A DNA stretch of 64,000 bases from Candidatus Eiseniibacteriota bacterium. Its GTDB lineage: Bacteria > Eisenbacteria > RBG-16-71-46 > CAVPCR01. The stretch covers positions 448,001 to 512,000 of the forward strand of contig CAVPCR010000001.1 of assembly GCA_963702435.1 (NCBI GenBank). The letters are read 5' to 3'. The translations under genes and the position numbers were made by a program. The stretch's first letter is position 1. Each line of letters begins with the position of its first letter. This document shows, in pieces, positions 33,714 through 42,247 of this stretch. Under the pieces are notes generated by a model, which saw only the letters and a list, made by a program, of their open reading frames with translations, had not been told where the DNA came from and made no database searches.

Positions 33714-34328
33714 CTAGTTGTACTGGGCCTTGATCGAGCCCCAGGTAGCCGGCTCAACCGCCACGAGCGGATTGCAGGCCGGGTTGCCGCCAGGGCCGAC
33801 GCAGACCTTACCCAGACGCGGCGCCTGGGCGATCTGGTCGATGCCCTGAGCGCAGTCGAGGACGTGGATACCGAACGGGTAGCTCGACTGGACCTGCTCG
33901 ATGCAGCCGCTCGTGGGGGAGAAGAACATGCGACCGATCACGCCGAGGGCCGGACCATTGAGGCAGTTGAAGGCCGTCGTGATCGTGCCGGCCGTCGGGC
34001 CGAAGGGCGCAACCGGAGTGACCGCATTCAGCTGGCCCGGCTGGCAGTCCCAGAGCCCGAAGATGAGGCTCCAGTTCGTCTGGAAGGCCGTCTGGACGCC
34101 CGCCACCGAGTTGTAGTTCATGACGAAGAGGAAGATCGCCACCGGCGCGCCGGGGAGGACTTCCACGTTCGGCTGGTTCGCGCGGCAGTCCACCGGCAGG
34201 TAGCCCTGGCACGGCTCGAAGCTCGAGGTCTTCGCGTGCAGAGGCAGGGTCACCTCAGGGTTCTGGCCGGCGAAAGCGGTCGTTGCGAGAAGGAGTGCCA
34301 TCAAGGCCATCACGGGCGCGTAACGCAT
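33714..34328 (-). CDS. Secreted Cys-rich beta-sandwich (cohesin-like) protein with C-terminal TWGxIK tag
   Basis: Signal peptide (AFA-G); AGGAGGT SD; ends VAVEPATWGSIKAQYN. Confidence 0.88.
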   Translation of the reverse strand: MRYAPVMALMALLLATTAFAGQNPEVTLPLHAKTSSFEPCQGYLPVDCRANQPNVEVLPGAPVAIFLFVMNYNSVAGVQTAFQTNWSLIFGLWDCQPGQLNAVTPVAPFGPTAGTITTAFNCLNGPALGVIGRMFFSPTSGCIEQVQSSYPFGIHVLDCAQGIDQIAQAPRLGKVCVGPGGNPACNPLVAVEPATWGSIKAQYN

Positions 34329-34627
34329 TACAGTTTACCTCCTGAATCAAGAGCTGCAGGTTCCTGGCTGGTCGAGATGGGTTCCGAAGCAAAGCTGGTC
34401 GGAGGTTCCCCCCCTTCAGGTTGGAGCGTCGCTTTGGCCCCGCTCGCCCTCCCGTCCGCGGCCGGTTCGGACCTTCTGGATGAGAGAGAGACCCTATTCC
34501 GCCGCCACCCTCACCCGTCTGGTACTGGGGGCCCGCCGGAGGCGAACCCCCAGTACCCACATCTGTCTGCCTCTCCCGCCGCCGGCAACCTACCGGCACA
34601 GCGGGCGAGGAAATCACGCCGCCTCCC

Positions 34628-35251
34628 TTACGGGGCGGCGGTGAAGTGCTGCTGGAACGTGCCCAGGTCGGCCAGCGCCGTGTTCCCGTCGAAGACGGGA
34701 CCCAGGTCGCCACGATAGTCCCGGCGCACGCCGGTATTCACGAACTCCTGCTGGAAGATCCCGAGGTCGGCGAGGGCCACGCTGCCGTCGCCGTTCTCAT
34801 CCACCGAGCGCACACCACCGTCGATACCGCCCGGGTTGGTGCCGTCCGCGATGAGGGTCTTGAAGACCACGTTCTGCACGAGGACGCGGACCGAGCACGG
34901 ATCGCCGCCGCCGAAGTTCAGGGCGGTGGTCCAGGTGACGACGCCGTTGATGTTGCTGTCGCCATCCGCCTGGATCTGATCGGCCGGGCGCGTGCTGTTG
35001 GCCGTGCAGGCGCCGAAGTCGAGCTCGAGCTGGCTGGCCGGGAAGTTCGCGATCGGCGCGCCGGCGCCGTCACGGATGGTGCCCGTGAAGACGTAGCGGG
35101 AGGCCGGTGGCGCCGTGAGGTTCTTGGGGCTGCAGCCCACCAGGTTGCCCCACGTGCTCTGGTTGGGGTCCGGCTGCCCGGCAAGAACCAGCGTCGAGAG
35201 GGCGCCCAGGAGAACCGCCACTCCAAGGGCACATACGAGAAAACGCGACAT
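34628..35251 (-). CDS. Secreted Ig-like protein with a C-terminal dockerin-like paired Ca-binding loop
   Basis: Signal peptide; AGGAGGT SD; DENGDGSVALADLGIF and GDLGPVFDGNTALADLGTF. Confidence 0.8.
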   Translation of the reverse strand: MSRFLVCALGVAVLLGALSTLVLAGQPDPNQSTWGNLVGCSPKNLTAPPASRYVFTGTIRDGAGAPIANFPASQLELDFGACTANSTRPADQIQADGDSNINGVVTWTTALNFGGGDPCSVRVLVQNVVFKTLIADGTNPGGIDGGVRSVDENGDGSVALADLGIFQQEFVNTGVRRDYRGDLGPVFDGNTALADLGTFQQHFTAAP

Positions 35252-35380
35252 TACACACCTCCTAGGAGAATCCTTAGTTGCCGTTAGCGAAGAGCTTTCA
35301 GGAGCTTTGCCCGAGTCGGGCTACCGTGCGCCGTCGAGCACCCCCTTTCGGACACGGCGGAATCTCTGACGCCGGACAAA

Positions 35381-35410
35381 AGGTTATCACCGAAGTGCTC
35401 CACGTGTCAA
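35381..35410 (-). promoter_or_regulatory. Promoter TTGACA-N18-TAACCT with TG extension
   Basis: Read directly; about 130 nt upstream of the dockerin-like gene. Confidence 0.65.
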
Positions 35411-35579
35411 TGCGCAAATTCCGCAAACCCGCCGTGGTGCGAGCGGTAGCGAGGATCTGGTGGTCCGGGACGAGGGTCACGAGACCCACCGCGGCGCATG
35501 CCACCGCCAAGGAACTGGACGTGGGGACCTCCAGAAGGGACGCGGACGCGGCGCTTGCCACCTGGTTCCGCATGCACAA

Positions 35580-35608
35580 AGTGTAGCCTCCCCCGTCTCC
35601 CCTGTCAA
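35580..35608 (-). promoter_or_regulatory. Promoter TTGACA-N17-TACACT
   Basis: Near-consensus second promoter about 200 nt further upstream. Confidence 0.7.
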
Positions 35609-35845
35609 CGTGGCCTCGGGCAACCGGTTGGACCCGGACCTCCCTCCGGCAGGGACGCGGTGGGCAAGCGCGCCGGGACCGACGGGCACCGGAAGCGGCG
35701 GGAAGACCGGCCCGGATCCGGGCGGCCCCTCGGAACCCCGGCGGCCGGGGGCCGTGGGGGAGGCAAGCCAGGCCAGATCCCGGGGGGCGCCGGTGCTGGA
35801 TCGGACGCGTTCCCGAGCAGGTCCGGAAGCGGCAGGTCCGGAAGA

Positions 35846-35921
35846 TGGTGGGCGAAACAGGGCTCGAACCTGTGACCTCTTGCGTGTAAAGCAAGCGCTC
35901 TGCCAGCTGAGCTATTCGCCC
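35846..35921 (-). tRNA. tRNA-Val(TAC)
   Basis: GGGCGAA...TTCGCCC-ACCA cloverleaf; anticodon arm CTTGC-TT-TAC-AC-GCAAG. Confidence 0.97.
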
Positions 35922-36262
35922 TTTGCTTCGGTCCCGGTCCCGGGCGAGAGCCCCGCGTCGGCGGCCGGCCGGCGCGGCCGGTACACGATGGCCACCGGAA
36001 CGAGGACGCAGTACCCGAGGACGAGGAGGATCGGAGCCAGGGTGATCGATCCCGCGGCCAGCGCCAGGTAGCCGGCGACGATCACCGCCAGCGCGATCGC
36101 GAAGAGGATGAGGTTCGCGCGCTCGAGCGGCAGATGATCCTGGGCCTTGCCCTCTCTCTTCCGCCGGCTCTCGCTCTGGCTCCGCTTGCGCTCGGCGCGC
36201 AGGCCCGCGCGCGACTCGGTCCGGTCGCGGCTGCGCCGGCCGGTCCGATCGCTATCCGCCAT
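35912..36262 (-). CDS. Small two-TM membrane protein (DUF3098-like)
   Basis: LPLERANLILFAIALAVIVAGY...ITLAPILLVLGYCVLVPVAI; stop TAG lies inside the tRNA-Val 5' end. Confidence 0.75.
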   Translation of the reverse strand: MADSDRTGRRSRDRTESRAGLRAERKRSQSESRRKREGKAQDHLPLERANLILFAIALAVIVAGYLALAAGSITLAPILLVLGYCVLVPVAIVYRPRRPAADAGLSPGTGTEAKGE

Positions 36263-37187
36263 GATTCGACCCTCCTTGCTTGACCGCGGCCGATCCTCCA
36301 TTCCCGCCGGCGGCTCCCGGCCGTCCGCCCCGCCGGTAGCCGTCCGGATCCACGACCGCCTCGGCGAACCCGGCGGCGCGGACGGCGGCGCGGACGCGCG
36401 CCTCGAGGTCGACCGCGGCCGCGCTCTCGCCGCGCAGTCGCTCCATCTCCTCGACGGCGATCTCGATCCGGCCGATCTCCCCGTGATCGCGGACCCGCAC
36501 CTGTCGGAACCCGAGGGCCCGGAGCGCCGCCTCGGCCGCTTCGGCCCGCCGGAGACGAGCGATGCTTACCGGAGTCCCCACCGGAAGGCGCGAGGCGAGA
36601 CAGGCCATCTCGGGCTTGTCCCACGAGGGAAGCCCCAGATACCGGGACAGCCTCCGCACCGCCGCCTTGTCGAGCCCGGCCTCGATGAGCGGATGGCGCA
36701 CCCCGCCCTCCTCCGCCGCGCGGAGTCCCGGGCGCGTATCTCCGAGATCGTCGAGGTTCGTCCCGTCGAGAATGGCGGCGTAGCCTTCCGCGCGGCGGAT
36801 CGCTTCGAGCCGCGCGTAGAGATCCGACTTGCAGTGGTAGCAGCGATCACCCGCATTGGCCACGTACCGCGGATCGAGGTGCTCGAACGTCGCCGCCTCG
36901 CGATGCCGCGCGCCGATTCGCGCGGCGAGGGCCCGCGCGTCGGCGAGCTCGGCCGCGGCGAGGCTCGGCGAAACCCCGGTCACCGCGAGCACACGGTCCC
37001 CCTTCTCCTGGACCGCGACCGCCAGGACGAGCGTCGAATCGACGCCGCCCGAGAAGGCGACGATCATGCGCTCGAGCGGGGCCACGACCGCAGCGAGGCG
37101 CGCGCGGTCGGCGGCCGCGCTCGCGGGCGCGGTCCCCGGCGGTGCGGCGGCGGGGCCGTGAGCGGATGCGGTCGGGTGAGGATCCAT
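36252..37187 (-). CDS. larE: ATP-dependent sulfur transferase LarE
   Basis: AFSGGVDS PP-loop, RCYHCK, DGTNLDD..RPG, WDKPEMACLASR, QVRVRDHG. Confidence 0.9.
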   Translation of the reverse strand: MDPHPTASAHGPAAAPPGTAPASAAADRARLAAVVAPLERMIVAFSGGVDSTLVLAVAVQEKGDRVLAVTGVSPSLAAAELADARALAARIGARHREAATFEHLDPRYVANAGDRCYHCKSDLYARLEAIRRAEGYAAILDGTNLDDLGDTRPGLRAAEEGGVRHPLIEAGLDKAAVRRLSRYLGLPSWDKPEMACLASRLPVGTPVSIARLRRAEAAEAALRALGFRQVRVRDHGEIGRIEIAVEEMERLRGESAAAVDLEARVRAAVRAAGFAEAVVDPDGYRRGGRPGAAGGNGGSAAVKQGGSNHGG

Positions 37188-37189
37188 GA

Positions 37190-38360
37190 CGGGGCGAGAG
37201 TAGCAGAGCCGCCCGGCCCGCGCGCGCCCCGGCGCGCCCTCGGACCGCGCCGCCCTCCGCGCCTCAGTCAGCGCCGCCCTCGGACCGCGCCCTCGGACCG
37301 CGCCCTCTATCCGCACCGCCCCCGGCCGTGCCGCCCGCGGCCGCCCCCCGCCGGCGGGGCGGGCGGCGCGCACCGCCGCCACCGCGCGGGCGTGCTCGTC
37401 GAGGGTGCGCGAGAAGATGTGGGTGCCGTCGCCGCGGGCCACGAAGTAGAGCTCGCCGCCCGCGGGAGCGGCGCCGGCCGCCATCACCGCGGCGAGCGCA
37501 CCTCGTCCGGGGCTCCCGATCGCGGTCGGCGGCAATCCTGCCGTGCGGTAGGTGTTCCACGGCGAGTCCACCTCGAGGTCCTTGTAGTAGAGGCGGCGGC
37601 GGGCGCGGAGCGCGTAGGCCACGGTGGGATCGGCCTCCAGGCGCATGCCGCGCCGCAAGCGATTGAGGTACACCGCAGCTATTCGCGGTTGCTCGACGGG
37701 CACGCGGGCCTCGGCCTCGACGATCGAGGCGAGGATGACGACCTCCTCCGGCCCCGGGGCGAGCGGCGGCGGCGCGCCCGCCATCACCGCGGCGATCACC
37801 CCCTGCGCCCGTGTGACGAGGAGCGCGAGCACCTGATCGGGCGGCGCGCCCGGCGGGATGTCGTAGGTATCCGGATACAGGTATCCCTCGAGGGTGGTGC
37901 GCCCGATGCCGAAGGCGCGGGCGCGCGCCGGGTCGGCGGCCGCGGCGACGAAGGCCGCCGAGTCGATCTCGGCGCCGCGGGCGAGGACTCCGGCCGTCTC
38001 CCACAGGGTGAGCCCCTCGGGGATGGTCACCAGGTTCTGGTCGAAGGGCCCGGAGATGAGATGGCGGATGACGTCGAACGGGGTCGAGCGGGGCGCGATC
38101 GTGAAGCGCCCGGCGCGGAGCTTGTGCGCGGCGCCCATGCCGCGCCCGACCAGCTCGAAGGCCACGCGCGAGTGCACCGCCCCCGAGTCGGCGAGGATCG
38201 CGCTGATCTGGCGGAGGGTGGCTCCCTCCGGCACACGGAGCTTGACCTCGCGCGCGGGACCGGGCCCGAACGCGCGGAGGAGGAGGGCCGTGAGGAGGGC
38301 GGTCGCCACCGCCGCAGTCGCGAACGCCGCCACACTCCGCGCGCCGGGAAGCGGGCGCAC
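37190..38360 (-). CDS. mltG: Endolytic transglycosylase MltG (no in-frame stop before larE; 3' end uncertain)
   Basis: TIPEG, LEGYLYPDTY, LASIVEAE, NRLRRGMRLEADPTV, SPWNTY..GLPP, LYFVA. Confidence 0.9.
37236..37306. repeat. Three copies of GCCCTCGGACCGC in the mltG-larE junction
   Basis: Read directly. Confidence 0.7.
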
Positions 38361-38362
38361 GG

Positions 38363-38983
38363 TCAGGCCTCCCCGCCGCCGTTCGCGGGCGGCGGCCCCG
38401 CCGGCGCGACCGGCCCCGGCAGCGCGCGGTCGCGGCAGGCATCCAGGAAGTCCTGCAGGATGACGGCGGCGGCGGCCCGGTCGAGACGCTCGCGGCGAAG
38501 CCGCCGCGCCGCGGCATGGCGGGCCGCGGGCACCATGCCCCGCTGGCCGCGGGCGGGGGCTATGCGGGTGGAGGCGAGCCGCGCCGTCGCCTCGGCCGTC
38601 GAACCCCACTCGTCCCACAGCCAGACCGGCATCGCGAGCCGCTCGCCGAGGACGCGGGCGAGGGCGAGGGCGAGCTCCGACCCGCGGCTCGCCTCCCCGC
38701 CCCCATGCCGCGGATCGCCGATGACGATGCCGATCGCCTCCTCCGCGCGCACGAGCTCGACCAGGCGATCCGCGAGCAGAGCGAGCGAGCCGGGATGCGC
38801 GAACTGGAGGAGCGGCGACGCGAGGAACCCGGTCGGATCGCTCACCGCGACGCCGATGCGGCGCGCTCCGAGGTCGATGCCGAGAAACCGCCGGTCGCCC
38901 GATCCGGCTCCGCCCGATCCGGTTCCGCCCGATCCGGTTCCGCCGGCGCCGCGCGCCGGGTTCGTGGGCTGCCCGCTCACCAT
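38363..38983 (-). CDS. ruvX: YqgF/RuvX pre-16S rRNA nuclease
   Basis: LGIDLGARRIGVAVSDP, WDEWGST, DRAAAAVILQDFLD; N-terminal 15-bp x3 repeat encoding GGTGS. Confidence 0.92.
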   Translation of the reverse strand: MVSGQPTNPARGAGGTGSGGTGSGGAGSGDRRFLGIDLGARRIGVAVSDPTGFLASPLLQFAHPGSLALLADRLVELVRAEEAIGIVIGDPRHGGGEASRGSELALALARVLGERLAMPVWLWDEWGSTAEATARLASTRIAPARGQRGMVPAARHAAARRLRRERLDRAAAAVILQDFLDACRDRALPGPVAPAGPPPANGGGEA

Positions 38984-39024
38984 GGAGGCATCATACCGCG
39001 CACGGCGTCACCCCGCGCGCGCTG

Positions 39025-40053
39025 TCATACCGCCGCGGGCTCGGCCCCGGCCGTCGCGTCGCGCCCGGCCCGCAGCACGGCGAGGCAAGTTTCCATGTCG
39101 GGCGGCCGTTCGGCGGTGAACGCCATCTCGACGCCCGTCACCGGGTGGGTGAACGCGAGCTGCGCGGCGTGGAGCGCCTGCCGATCGATCGCGGCGAGGA
39201 GACGCCGGGCGCGGCCGCGCTCGGCGGCGGGGATGGCGACGAGGCTCGCCGGCCGCCCGCCGTAGACCGGATCCCCGACCACCGGATGGCCGAGATGCTG
39301 CATGTGCACGCGGATCTGGTGCGTGCGTCCGGTCACCAGATCGAGGAGCACGCGGCTCGCGATGCCGAACCTCTCGACCACCCGATATGTCGTGATGGCC
39401 ACCCGGCCGCTGGTGCGCGCGATCGCCATGCGGGTGCGATCGCGGCGGCTCCGCGCGATCGGCGCCTCGATGCGACCGCCGTCGTCGCGGAGCTCTCCCC
39501 ACACGATCGCCTCGTACGTGCGCCGGACCGCGCGGGCCGCGACCGCGGCCTGGAGCGCGCGATGCACGAGCGGGCTCCGCGCGACGACGAGGAGGCCGGT
39601 CGTGTCCCGATCGAGACGATGCACGAGCCCGGGCCGCGCGGGATCTCCCGGGAGCTCCCCGTAGCGCGCGCGGAGCCCGGCCGCGAGCGTCGGCCGCTGC
39701 GTGCCCGCACCCGGGTGCATGACGAGCCCGGCCGGCTTGACGAGGACGGCCAGGTGTTCGTCCTCGTAGCGCACGTCGAGCGGCATCGCGACCGGGGTGA
39801 GCGCGCTCGGCGGCGGCGGCAGGATCTCGACCACGATCTCGTCGCCCGCCGCCACGCGAAGCGAGGGCCGCGCCACCGCGACGCCCGCGCGGCGGACGAG
39901 CCCGTCCCGGAGGAGCCGGTGCGCCACGCTCCGCGAGAGAGCAGGCAGGAGCCGGGCCAGGGCGCGATCGATCCGCTCGCCGGCGAGCTCCGCGGGCACG
40001 CGGAGGACCTCGCTCCGGCCCCCCCGACCCTTGACGTCATCCGTGTCGCTCAC
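39025..40053 (-). CDS. rluD: RluA-family pseudouridine synthase (RluD-like, S4 domain)
   Basis: RIDRAL, KPAGLVMHP, HRLDRDTTG, TGRTHQIRVH, RQALHA. Confidence 0.9.
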   Translation of the reverse strand: MSDTDDVKGRGGRSEVLRVPAELAGERIDRALARLLPALSRSVAHRLLRDGLVRRAGVAVARPSLRVAAGDEIVVEILPPPPSALTPVAMPLDVRYEDEHLAVLVKPAGLVMHPGAGTQRPTLAAGLRARYGELPGDPARPGLVHRLDRDTTGLLVVARSPLVHRALQAAVAARAVRRTYEAIVWGELRDDGGRIEAPIARSRRDRTRMAIARTSGRVAITTYRVVERFGIASRVLLDLVTGRTHQIRVHMQHLGHPVVGDPVYGGRPASLVAIPAAERGRARRLLAAIDRQALHAAQLAFTHPVTGVEMAFTAERPPDMETCLAVLRAGRDATAGAEPAAV

Positions 40054-40081
40054 ATCGGCACCGTCGCGTCCGGCGCGCCGT

Positions 40082-40531
40082 TCACGACGAGCGGCGGGCC
40101 ATGACGAGAAGGAGGAGGGCCACCCCGCCGGTCACCGCGATGTCGGCCACGTTGAACACGGGCCAGCGAAAGCGATCGATGCCGATCTCGATGAAGTCCA
40201 CGACGAACCCGTGGCGCACCCGATCGTGCAGATTGCCGAGGGCGCCGCCGAGGAGAGCGCCGAGGGCCGCGAGCTCGAGCCGGTGTCGCTGCGCCATGCG
40301 CATGTAGAGCATGGCGATGACGAGGATGGCGAGGAGCGAGAAGACGATGAAGGCGGTGCGGCTCCCCGGGAAGAGCCCGAACGCCGCTCCGGTGTTGTGG
40401 ACGAGCGTGAAGCGGACGAAGTCGCCGAGCACCCGGACCGGAGAACCGGGGACGAGGAGGCGCGACGCGAGCGCCTTGGTCAGGAGGTCGGCGGCGACGA
40501 TGATCACCGCGGTCAGGATGAGGACGGGCAC
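40082..40531 (-). CDS. lspA: Lipoprotein signal peptidase II
   Basis: NTGAAFG, GGALGNLHDR, VVDFI, VFNVAD. Confidence 0.95.
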   Translation of the reverse strand: MPVLILTAVIIVAADLLTKALASRLLVPGSPVRVLGDFVRFTLVHNTGAAFGLFPGSRTAFIVFSLLAILVIAMLYMRMAQRHRLELAALGALLGGALGNLHDRVRHGFVVDFIEIGIDRFRWPVFNVADIAVTGGVALLLLVMARRSS

Positions 40532-40570
40532 GGGAGGATCGATCCGGGCCGGTGCGCGGTCGCCCGCGGG

Positions 40571-40948
40571 CTACCGCGAGTTCCGCTCCGCGGCCTCCTG
40601 GCACTCGATGCAATGAGTGGCCGACGGCAGGGCGGTGAGCCGCTTCGCCCCGATCTCGCCGCCGCACTTGAGACAGCGGCCGTAGGTCCCGCCCTCGATG
40701 CGGTCGAGCGCGGCGACGACGGCAACGAGCAGGCGTCCCTCGGCCGAGGTGAGCTGGACCGCCTTCTCCCGCTCGTCGGCATCGGTGCCCACATCGGCGA
40801 GATGGAAGACATAGCCCGAGAGATCGCCCGAGGCCTCGCGCGGCGTGTTGCGGAGAAAGCGGGTCTCCATGTAGCCCAGCTCCTTCATGAGCCGGTCGCG
40901 CTCTGCAACGAGCTTCTCGCGGTAGGTCGCGAGTTCATCGGCGGTCAC
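40571..40948 (-). CDS. TraR/DksA C4 zinc-finger protein
   Basis: HLADVGTD coiled-coil tip; ALDRIEGGTYGRCLKC...RL.ALP...CIEC. Confidence 0.9.
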   Translation of the reverse strand: MTADELATYREKLVAERDRLMKELGYMETRFLRNTPREASGDLSGYVFHLADVGTDADEREKAVQLTSAEGRLLVAVVAALDRIEGGTYGRCLKCGGEIGAKRLTALPSATHCIECQEAAERNSR

Positions 40949-41170
40949 GGTCGGTTCACCTCCTCTGGCCGAGATCGGGCCGCCGGCAGCGGCAAACCGA
41001 GCAGCCACGCTTTCAGGCTGCGCGTGAGCGGCGAGTATAGCGGCGCCACGCGGGAGCCTACAAGATTGCTATCCCCCTTGGCGGCGCGCGGCTGCCCCTG
41101 CCACGTGAGGCGACCGCCTGCAGGCGGCGCCGGCGAGGCAGCCGTGAAGGCAAGCGGAGTTGGCCGCCGG

Positions 41171-42161
41171 CTAGCGCTCGCTCTTCTCCGGCGCGGCCTT
41201 CGCCCGCGGGCGGAAAAGAGCCTTGATCGCTCCCCACGTGGCCGGCTCGACGGAGGTCACTTCAACGCGAACGCCCAGACTTTGCCAGCCGATACCGGCC
41301 GCGACCGCCACGAACCCCGTGTTCGGTGCCGGGACATCGCACTGGCCGTAGAAGTTCTGCCCCCAGCCGACGGATCGTCCCATCGCCCCTCAGGCCCAGG
41401 CTGAACGTGTTCCCGCCGGCCACCGCCACGAAGTTGGCTATTGGTCGCCGGAACATTGCACTCCCCGTACTCGTTCCAGCCCCACGCGACGATCGTCCCG
41501 TCGGCCCGAAGGCCGAGGCTGTGCATGTATCCCCGCGGCCACAGCCACGAAGTTGGCATTTGGTGCGGGGACATCGCACTGGCCGTAGCTGTTCCACCCC
41601 CAGGCGACGATCGTCCCGTCGGCCTTGAGGCCCAAGCTGTGATGACCACCCGCGGCCACCGCCACGAAGCGCTCGTTCGGCGCCGGAACATTGCAGTTCG
41701 CCGTGGTCGCTGTGCCCCCAAGCGACGATACGTCCGTCGGCCTTGAGGCCCAGGCTATGCCACTGCCCTGCCGCAATCGCCGTGAACCCGGCGTTCGGCG
41801 CCGGGATGACACACTGGCTGCTATCGCTGCGCCCCCAGGCGACGACGGTGCCGCCCGTCCTGAGACCGAGGCTGTGGTCGCCGCCTCCGGCGACCGCCAC
41901 GAAACCAGCGTTCGGGCCCGGGACGGCGCACTGGCCGTAGTGGTTGTCGCCCCAGGCCTCGACCCTCCCATCGGCCTTGAGACCCAGACTGTGAATGCCC
42001 CCTGCAGCGACTGCCACGAAGCCGGCGTTAGGCGCCGGAACGTCGCATTCGCCGTTGCGATTGGATCCCCAGGCGGCGATCGTGCCCTGGGCGAACGCCG
42101 GCGCCGGACGGACAGAAGAGCAGGAGCAATGCAGCAGCAAAGACTGAGGTCGACTCGACAT
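41171..42161 (-). pseudogene. RCC1/BLIP-II-like repeat beta-propeller with C-terminal TWGxIK tag, broken by about 4 frameshifts
   Basis: About 7 repeats of FVAVAAGxxHSLGLKADGxxxAWGxNxYGQCxVPAPN spread over several frames; last frame ends VTSVEPATWGAIKALFR. Confidence 0.8.
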
Positions 42162-42247
42162 GGCAGGATCCTCCCTGCGGCCGGGACATCCGCGACACCA
42201 AGTCTACACCCCCGGGCTGCCTCTCTCCAGGTCCACCAGCCGCGCCG

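Noticed and set aside
35817..35845. GCAGGTCCGGAAG twice, resembling the SRP RNA core
   Set aside because: Lacks the following GAAGCAG and the enclosing helix; just a short duplication beside tRNA-Val
41171..42161. Diversity-generating retroelement target
   Set aside because: No reverse transcriptase or template repeat in the window; changes are indels rather than evident adenine-specific substitutions
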